A stretch of 45,594 nt of DNA from Nemertoderma westbladi (Eukaryota; Animalia; Xenacoelomorpha): the NCBI GenBank assembly GCA_032718475.1, contig JAUCBJ010005622.1:1-45594 (forward strand). The letters are read 5' to 3'. The notes under the pieces are model-generated. The model was not told where the DNA came from. It saw nothing but the letters and a program-made list of their open reading frames with translations, and searched no databases. This document shows positions 37,370 to 45,594 of this stretch, one piece after another; position 1 is the stretch's first letter, and each line of letters opens with the position of its first letter. A program made the translations under genes and the position numbers.

Positions 37370-39075
37370 CACTAGCGTAGCGAGGGTAGGGTCCCAGGGT
37401 CCCTGGACCCTACCGTGGAGATTCCAACTTACACTAACTCTGAGAGCATTTCATTTTGCCATCGTCAAGTTCCGTTAAATTAAAAAAATTATAACTTAAT
37501 AAATTGACAAGTGCAATAAACCGAATATTAGAAAATATTCGAAGTTGAAGTTGCTTTGGAAAGGAGCCCGACCCCAGACCAGATACAATCCACATTATCG
37601 ATTAAGAAATTGTCGTGCTAGTAGTCTCGTCACCGTAGTAATCATAATTGAGTAGAGATGCTGTCTGGGAGACCTCAGGTGACCAAAAAGGTTTTTGATA
37701 CCCCATCAAAGTGTTGTAACCAGGGCTCCAGCCACACTACCAATAAATTACTTTGAAATGTAATTAATTAGAACATTAATTTTTTTTAACAAAAATACGT
37801 TTTTTTTTTACTTTCAATAATTAGTTCAATTTCAAAATGTGGCAGTTTATAAAATAATATACCATGGTGTGGGGTGGGGGATTGTTTCACGAAGCGACAT
37901 TTAACTAAATGGAAATCGCCGATTTGTAAATAAGGTATTTAAAAAACGGAAGCACATTTAAATTTTACGTCCCTTAAGGAACAATACTTTTATGTTATCA
38001 ATACATGTTGTTATGATTCCATGGTAGTAGGGCCTATAGTACTAGTTTTTAAGAATAAGTTCACTGTTCTTAATAGAAATATTATTAAATTTACTGAAAA
38101 GCCATGACAGCATGACGACCAGACCAGTTGCTATGCGCTATGCCCTATAACTATTATTATGTTAATGAGTTTAAATGACACATCATTATGTAAATGATTT
38201 AAAGCTAAATGACAGGGGGATAAATGACACGCGAATAGCAGTTTCTTGAAACATAAAAACTTTCTGTTATAATTAAAGTATTATTTTTAATCTTTCCAAT
38301 TAAGCCAAATTAAATGACCGTATGTAAAACAGTCCCCTCAGTTTAATTATAATATTAATTTAATTTATTAATTCAATTTAATTTGTAATTTCAGTAACTT
38401 ACTTTATAACTATGATTTTATCATATTAATTCTTAATAGTGGATTTTCTAAATTACTCATCTTTACTGGGGGGGGGGGGGGGGGGGGGGGGGCTTTACTG
38501 GGGGAATGAACATGTACTGGTGCGCATTACTCAGAATGAGTAGTATACCGACTACTGTACTACAGGCTACAGGTTGGTTGCAACCTACGCCCGAGTACAA
38601 CCTTCGCCCGCGTCCACACTTCACCCCGGGGAAAACCTTCGCCCGCAAGGCAATCTTCCACCGCGAACAACCTTCGCCCAATAAGATTTGTGTTAGTAAC
38701 CATTTTAGTTACCAATTAAGGGAAAGGAGCAGGTTACAGAGACGGCTTCTTCTAACCAAAACAATAAACGATGTTGTTACCAATTTAAGGTAAGGAGCAG
38801 GTTACAGAAACGGCTTTTTCTAACCAAAACAATAATTGTTTAGTTGGCGATGGTTGCTCGCGGGAGAAGATTGTCTGCGGGCGAAGTTTGCTGCGTACCC
38901 TACTAAACATTACACATCACGTGTGGCGGGCATTTTGTTAAAATTCAAAACAATCACACCTGGACTACGCTGGGGGGGGGGGGGGGATCATCCCCCACAC
39001 CCACAACTACTATAAATATGAATTACAATTTGGGGTCTGGGACCCTACCGTGGGAAATTCCTGGCTACGCGGCTG
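37370..39075. mobile_element. Non-autonomous hAT-like element nested in the TA element
   Basis: 8-bp TSD CTGGCCAG at 37362 and 39076; imperfect TIRs CACTAGCGTAGC / GCTACGCGGCTG; GGACCCTACCGTGG near both ends. Confidence 0.85.
38570..38900. mobile_element. Fold-back MITE nested in the hAT element
   Basis: CTTCGCCCG repeats on the left and CGGGCGAAG on the right; core AACCAAAACAATAA twice. TSD unclear. Confidence 0.6.
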
Positions 39076-40146
39076 CTGGCCAGTTGTTGCATAGAAGCTA
39101 TATTCCCATTAATTTATCAAATTGAGGTTCCTGAGGTCATTACGGGATGGGTTTTCGGTCGCAAGTACAAATTGAATTTACGGCACCCTAAAGTCTTTCT
39201 AAAAAACATTCATTCAAATAATCCATGAAACATAATTAATGAAACAAGATTAATGCTTGACAAGATTGATTATTTTAATAACATAATACAATATCAGATT
39301 AACAATTAATATAAGAGAAACTGCACTGTAGTATCTCTGTGTATATGCAGTTTCATTATAATGACCTAAAGAAGCCCTGTTGGGAGAAAGCTTGTAATAA
39401 CATTTGTTATTCATTTCATTAGTCACCGTCAAACCGTTCTACCTTAACTGTTTAATATGATAACTACGGTGACGAGAGCGCGAGAATTCCTTCTTAAAAA
39501 CCAAGAAAGGCTTTCGACTTTCAAGTACGATAGAACGGCTACAATCTTGTATTGTTTTAGCTTAATAGAGATATTAAAATATCCCCTGCCGCTGGCGTTT
39601 ATATTTGAGCATATTTTAAATGTTTGCCTTATATTCAATTTTCAATTGATGTGTACCGCCTTCTGGCAAAGCGGCACCCAGTTTAAACTATCAATCACAG
39701 CTAGTGTGTAGCGACCCACGGACGGCGACCTTCAAACAAACAGGTGCAGAGTCGGAAAGAACTGTCACATGCTTTGCTTGGCTTGTGGTACCATTTGATT
39801 ACATAATAGATTTTGGCAGACTGGGCGGTCGCTCTGGCCATATGCATTGTGCACCAACAATGCCTAAAACATCTATGGGAACAGCCAATTAGTGCGCTTG
39901 AATCATTTATCTTTATTCCTGCCTCTATCGTTATTCTTTATACTTTGTATAACACAATTTACAGTGCGGCAAAGTATGGCTGGTTGACCATTGAAATGCA
40001 TTGGTAAAGGTATTCGGCGTTCACGTGGGCTAAACAAATTTAAACAGTACAGTTTTAGCACTATACATTAATATAGATAGGGCAACAGACAAACTGTCTA
40101 AGACACAAATACCAACACATTCCGATAGCCCGCAATTATGGCGTCT

Positions 40147-40548
40147 CTAAAGAGTCCAAATATAAATTAATAAAATCCTCTATGAAACAATAAAAATACC
40201 TACAAAAAATACTGCTGTATTAAATATTAGTTACTGCAGTAACATATAACAATTACTGCAGTAACAAATATTTATTACTGCAGTAACAAATATTTATTAC
40301 TGCAATAATCAATATTAATAAACAATTTAATAAAAATTTATACTGCAGTAATCAATATTAATAAATAATTGAATAAAAATTTATACTGCAGTTACAAATT
40401 ATTTGTTACTGCAGAAAAAGACAATTTTTTATTACTGCAGTAAGTTTAATTCTTACATTCAGTGACAAATATTTATTACTGCAGTATTTTTTGGAGGCAT
40501 CTTTATTGTTTCATAGAGGTTTTTATTACTTATATTTTACCCTATAGT
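40147..40548. mobile_element. Palindromic MITE with ~70-bp TIRs and TACTGCAGTA repeats
   Basis: CCTCTATGAAACAATAAA...AAAAAATACTGC is mirrored by GCAGTATTTTTT...TTTATTGTTTCATAGAGG. Confidence 0.75.
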
Positions 40549-41639
40549 CAAAGTCAATATACCCCATACCATAGCCAGCTTCAGGCAGGACTGTATGAAA
40601 TGACTGACATGACAGTACTACTTTGAAATCTTTGAAATCTTTGAAATCTTTGAGGACACTTTGTCATTTTCTTGAACCACTTTTTGAAATTTGAGACACT
40701 TTTAGATGCACTTTGAGACCCCGACTGTATAATCTCTGACAATATTATTCACTTTCGGGGAAATATTAACAGTTCCTTTAGGACGTGGCGCTTTAAGTAT
40801 AAAACAGAGTTATGACTTATACTAATCACAACTGGATGGCTACTGAGTTTCGTAAAAAGCGCATTCTTTAGGAGATGCTTTATTAACCTTCACACTACTT
40901 CACACGACTTCACACTAGTTCACACTACTGCGCACTGATCTGCCGACCGTCACTGAATTTGATCATATATAAGGAGGATCGCAATATGTAAGTCGCAGTT
41001 GCTACCGGTAAACCTGTTCTTCTAACCTTTAGTAATCAAAGAGATTGAGGGTTTTACGATTATTCATCGGTATTCTCCAAATATATCAGCAATATATACC
41101 AACATAACACAGTAACACCAATTAATAACAGAATCAAATAATGCGGTGAACAGTCAGTATGTGTAGTTGAATCGCGTTGCGTGATGCCGCGATGTGGCGG
41201 TGTGCTGCGTTAATAGTTTTACGTTCCTTTAATCAAAGCCATCTGATGTTTCTGAGGTTTAGGTCAAAGTCTGAAACTTCCACAGAAGTACAGAAGAATC
41301 GTAAGCCGGTGTTCTGGGCTTAGAAAGATACACACTGACTGAATTGCGTGAGTTTCTATAGGCACTGTCCAACACAAAGTGAAAATCGCTCTGATTGGCT
41401 GAGCCGAACAAAGAACAAAGAGAGATTCAGGTTCCGCTTTGGCAGTAAATCAGCTGACAGATTGCGTCATCTGAGTCATCTTTTAGAGTATTAAGCGAAT
41501 TGCGGCAGAATGGCTAGTTATGTCCGCTAAAGCACGCATACAGACATAACGGGTAAAAATGGCTTGTTATGTCCGCTAAAAGCACCTACGCGGTACATTG
41601 CGGAGAAAATGACTGGTTATATCCGCATAAGCTTTTACA

Positions 41640-42575
41640 AATGGGGAGTCCTACAAGGTGACACGCATGCACCATTCCTATTAATTGTGGTTGACTATGT
41701 TCTACGCATGTCTTTAGATCATAATAATGATGATGTGGTGATGGTAACTCCCCCTACTGGCTCCAAAAGTTGAGGAAATCCAGACTAATACCTAACTTAT
41801 CAAAATTTTGCTAGAAACTGGAGTAGATCGGGGTAACCGGATAGGAATAAGGAATATTAAGGCCAGCGAAAAAATATTTAGTTTAAAAATATTAGTTATA
41901 GACCCTAGTTTAATTGTCGATACTATAAAACGTTTCGGTATAAATAATTTACCATAATCAATGCAATGATTCAATGTAAGCCCGAAAATATTATAGTACA
42001 GCAGTAAGTAGTTATCCTACCTACATACCGATACCCATACAGCTTTTTGTAAAATCTCATTTATTTATTTGTTTTTTCTGCGCACTTGTTACTAATGTAC
42101 TTATTCTGCTTTATATTGTAATAATTTGCTGATGACGTGGAATCACTAGAGGGCGCTAACGGCTGCTCAGCTCATTAGAACAGGCTGCTTCTAGTTTTTG
42201 TTAATTCCAAGAAGACCAAAATTTTGAGAGTTAACTCCGACAGTCCTCACTAATGTCTGATCTTATGAGCATATAAGCTCTAAGGATGGCATGTTTGAGA
42301 ATGTGGATGAGTTCTGCTCCCTGAAATCATGGATCCGGAAATCAGGTGAAGACCTTAGAATACGTAAGGGAAAGGCATGGGTAGCTTTAAATGGGTTTTC
42401 CAGGATTTGGAGAACACACATGATACGTCGGAAACTTAATGGTCGACTGTTTAGAGCAGCAGTAGTTCCAGTACTCCTCTATGGGAGTCCATGCTGGGCT
42501 CTAACTGCTGAGGACACCAAATCTCTGGATGGCACATTCACAAGAATGCTACGCCGGGTTCTTTATGTCCAGGGG
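41640..42575 (+). mobile_element. Degenerate RTE RT fragment (C-terminal part), interrupted at ~41800-42120
   Basis: WGVLQGDTHAPFLLIVVDYVLRMSLDH; FADD; DLRIRKGKAW...VVPVLLYGSPCW...DGTFTRMLRRV. Confidence 0.88.
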
Positions 42576-43479
42576 TGTACTCTGTGACGTATATGGTCCT
42601 AAACAACTAAACAACTGACTATACATAATTACATATATATATAAACGGATGTATACTATATAAATCAAAAACATATTTATTCCACGAAAGTTAAACAAAT
42701 TAGGCCTAAATTTAATACCTATACCTATTTCCGTATTTATTAAATATCCTATACTCTTATATATTCAAATTAAACAAATAACAAACAAAATTGTTCTAGA
42801 ACCCATTTTTGTTGTATGAACGTTTTGATGTAAGAACAGTTTTTAAGAAATTACCAAAAATGTGAAAGTCCCATAGAACATCAACATGAAACGGCAACTC
42901 ACTACTAATTGGTAGTTTTCAAATCAAATCAACCTAAACCACCACCCATTAGTTATCACAATATCATCATTATTATAATACGGCCCATGGCCCTCCCAAG
43001 CCACCCCCCCCCCCCCCCCCCCCATCCACTCCCTAATTATTCCCACCACCCACCCCATTAACTACATATATCAGCCCACCCACCCTCCAATGTGTTTACT
43101 CATATAACATGGCTAAGGTGTCAGCCCACCCACCTTCCAATGTGTTTACTCATATAACATGGCTAAGGTGTCAGACCACCCACCCACCAATTGAATTATA
43201 TGTAGTTAAAATTACGTTTGGTATTTTTTTATGTCATGTTCCCCCCATTATCGCCCCCAACCCCAATATATTTCTATTATTACGTTGTTTTCATATCTGC
43301 ACTATGTCAAAATCTAAGACGGACGCCGAAATGCAGCATTCTAAAACATTAATACGCATCATCCAAGGACTCGGTCGCAATCCAAAACAAGTCACATCTG
43401 AAAACTAAATAATATTGCCAGCTTCCAAATTAGCTTTGATTCCATCTAAAAAAACGGTCATTTTGTAGGGTAATTTTCA

Positions 43480-44098
43480 CTCAAAACCTCGATAATTAAA
43501 TCCGCTGTAGTCGATCTAGTAGGGGTTGGAATTGGTCCCATAGTCTAATAATGTTTAGTTAAGCCGTTGCTATGGCGGAACACCCTGTTGCTATGGTAAT
43601 TTTGACTCGAAACCTCGTCCATTAAATCCGCGGTAGTGGATTTAGAAGGGGTAGGTAGCGTTCCCATTGCCTAATAATGATTGGTTAAGCCGTTGCTATG
43701 GCGGAACACCCTGTTGCTATGGTAATTTTGACTCGAAACATCGTCCATTAAATCCGCGGTAGTGGAATTAGAAGGGGTAGGTAGCGTTCCCATTGCCTAA
43801 TAATGATTGGTTAAGCTGTTGCTATGGCGGAACACCCTGTTGCGTTGGTAATTTTGACTCTAGACCTCGTCCGTTAAATCAGCCGTAGTCGATATGGTAG
43901 GGGTAGGTAGCGTTCCCATTGCCTAATAATGATTAGTTAAGCCGTTGCTATGGCGGAACACCCTGTTGCGTTGGTAATTTTGACTCTAGACCTAGTCCAT
44001 TAAATCAGCCGCAGTCGATATGGTAGGGGTAGGTAGCGTTCCCATTGCCTAATAATGATTAGTTAAGCCGTTGCTATGGCGGAACACCCTATTGCTAA
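43480..44098. repeat. 126-bp tandem repeat, about 5 copies
   Basis: AAGCYGTTGCTATGGCGGAACACCCT at 43561, 43687, 43813, 43939 and 44065. Confidence 0.95.
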
Positions 44099-44107
44099 GA
44101 TTAATTA

Positions 44108-45033
44108 TATAAATAAACTCCTCAAAAAAGGTTTGTCTTTATAAATAGTCGCCTCAAAAAAGGTTTGTCTTTATTAATAAACTCCTTAAAAAAGGTTGTC
44201 TTAATAAATAAACTCCTCAAAAAAGGGTTGTTTTTATAAATAAACTCCTTAAAAAAGGTTTGTCTTTATAAATAAACTCCTCAAAAAAGGTTTGTCTTTA
44301 TAAATAGTCGCCTCAAAAAAGGTTTGTCTTTATAAATAAACTCCTCAAAAAAGGTTTGTCTTTATTAATAAACTCCTTAAAAAAGGTTGTCTTTATAAAT
44401 AAACTCCTCAAAAAAGGTTTGTCTTTATAAATAAACTCCTCAAAAAAGGTTTGTCTTTATAAATAGTCGCCTCAAGAAAGGTTTGTCTTTATAAATAAAC
44501 TCCTCAAAAAAGGTTTGTCTTTATTAATAAACTCCTTAAAAAGGTTGTCTTTATAAATAAACTCCTCAAAAAAGGTTTGTCTTTATAAATAAACTCCTCA
44601 AAAAAGGTTTGTCTTTATAAATAAACTCCTCAAAAAAGGTTAGTCTTTATAAATAAACTCCTCAAAAAGGGTCTTTATAAATAAACTCCTCAAAAAAAGT
44701 TTGTCTTTATAAATAAACTCCTCAAAAAAAATGTTTGCCTTTATAAATAAACTCCTCAAAAAAGGTTTGTCTTTATAAATAGTCGCCTCAAAAAAGGTTT
44801 GTCTTTATAAATAGTCGCCTCAAAAAAGGTTTGTCTTTATAAATAAACTCCTCAAAAAAGGTTTGTCTTTATAAATAAACTCCTCAAAAAAGGTTAGTCT
44901 TTATAAATAAACTCCTCAAAAAGGGTCTTTATAAATAAACTCCTCAAAAAAGGTTAGTCTTTATAAATAAACTCCTCAAAAAGGGTCTTTATAAATAAAC
45001 TCCTCAAAAAAAGTTTGTCTTTATAAATAAACT
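44108..45033. repeat. ~32-bp minisatellite (TAAATAAACTCCTCAAAAAAGGTTTGTCTTTA)n, about 29 copies
   Basis: Directly visible; variant unit has TAGTCGCCTC. Confidence 0.96.
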
Positions 45034-45594
45034 TGTAAAAGCTTCTGTGGGATGCAACTGGTCCTTCGCCCCGCGATCCAGTTTTTCCCCCATACGCTGA
45101 AATACTCTGAAACCTGCTGTAAAAGCGTTTACAGATATAATTGGATCCCCTAGCCCTCGGGGTGCTGTATAAGTGTTTTTAACGGACATAAAATAGATTC
45201 TTCTGAATGTGTGCTTTATGCGGACGTAGCAGGGTACACAACCCGCAATGCGGCATTTCATTGTCACTATGTCAAGGGAAGGATTCTGATTACGACATCT
45301 CCCAGCTGGATGATGACGTGGAGGGAGCTCTCATTGGACTCCTGGTTCCTTTGTTTTGGTCTAACAACCAATCAGGGTGATTTGCGTTTTCCTTGAAGAG
45401 ATACCTACAGCAGCTCCCAGACTCAGTGTTTATGTCGTTCCATACTGCCTGAAGATCGGCTGGAATGACGCAATGTTTCTGCCTTTTTATAAGAACATTA
45501 GTAGGCTAAATTATAGAAAGCATAGCTATTATCAATTCGATTCGATCCGATTCGATCCGATTCGATTCGACACGATTCCAATTTATAACTTAAC
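45034..45594 (+). mobile_element. 5' part of a diverged LTR related to the BEL/Pao LTRs (cut by window edge)
   Basis: Starts TGTAAAAGCTT like the LTR sense start; shares GTGYTTTTARCGGACATAA, CCAATCAGRGYGATTT and a pentamer-repeat tract in the same order. Confidence 0.7.

Larger units (their letters stand above)
37040..40727. mobile_element. Non-autonomous Tc1/mariner-like element (24-bp TIRs, TA TSD)
   Basis: TA|CAGTCGGGGTCTCAAAGTGCATCT ... AGATGCACTTTGAGACCCCGACTG|TA. The empty site AATATATAATC is in the 3' LTR. No transposase ORF. Confidence 0.9.
25401..41639 (-). mobile_element. BEL/Pao LTR retrotransposon, non-autonomous (Gag-protease; RT and integrase absent)
   Basis: Two direct ~1.1-1.2-kb LTRs (TGT...ACA), short PPT, BEL-type Gag with triple Zn knuckle and protease. 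No matching TSD (GCAGC vs AATGG). Confidence 0.92.
36835..41639 (-). repeat. 5' LTR, split by a 3.7-kb DNA-transposon insertion
   Basis: 36835-37039 and 40728-41639 rejoin to match the 3' LTR, apart from a ~50-bp indel and substitutions. Confidence 0.93.

Noticed and set aside
37040-40727. Coding capacity (transposase or captured gene) inside the TA element
   Set aside because: Only short ORFs with no recognisable motifs.
44108-45033. 32-bp repeats as a CRISPR array
   Set aside because: Units are head-to-tail with no unique spacers, there are no cas genes, and the context is eukaryotic.
45059-45068. TGGTCCTTCG resembling a tRNA-Tyr PBS of BEL elements
   Set aside because: Only 10 nt match, and it lies 25 nt inside the start of an LTR rather than after an LTR end.

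Overview
AT-rich, repeat-dense eukaryotic (probably invertebrate animal) DNA. Host genes are two intronless, tandemly duplicated MFSD4/NAGLT1-like MFS transporters (- strand), each preceded by a pseudogenised actin 3' fragment, and a three-exon WDR1/AIP1 gene (+ strand, about 611 aa). The rest is mostly mobile DNA: RTE-clade LINE pieces, a CRE-like REL-endonuclease remnant, two Helentron-type non-autonomous elements (HINEs), piggyBac-, hAT-, Tc1/mariner- and MULE/Merlin-like MITEs, and satellites. The largest element is a 16.2-kb BEL/Pao LTR retrotransposon (25401-41639, - strand). It keeps Gag and protease but lacks RT, most of RNase H and integrase, and it carries an unknown ORF in the env position. 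It has no tRNA primer-binding site; instead the 12 nt abutting the 5' LTR are perfectly complementary to a site inside its own LTR, which suggests Tf1-like self-priming in a BEL/Pao element. One HINE carries seven phased CTCF-like motifs at about 146-bp spacing. All calls come from reading the sequence; no searches were run.
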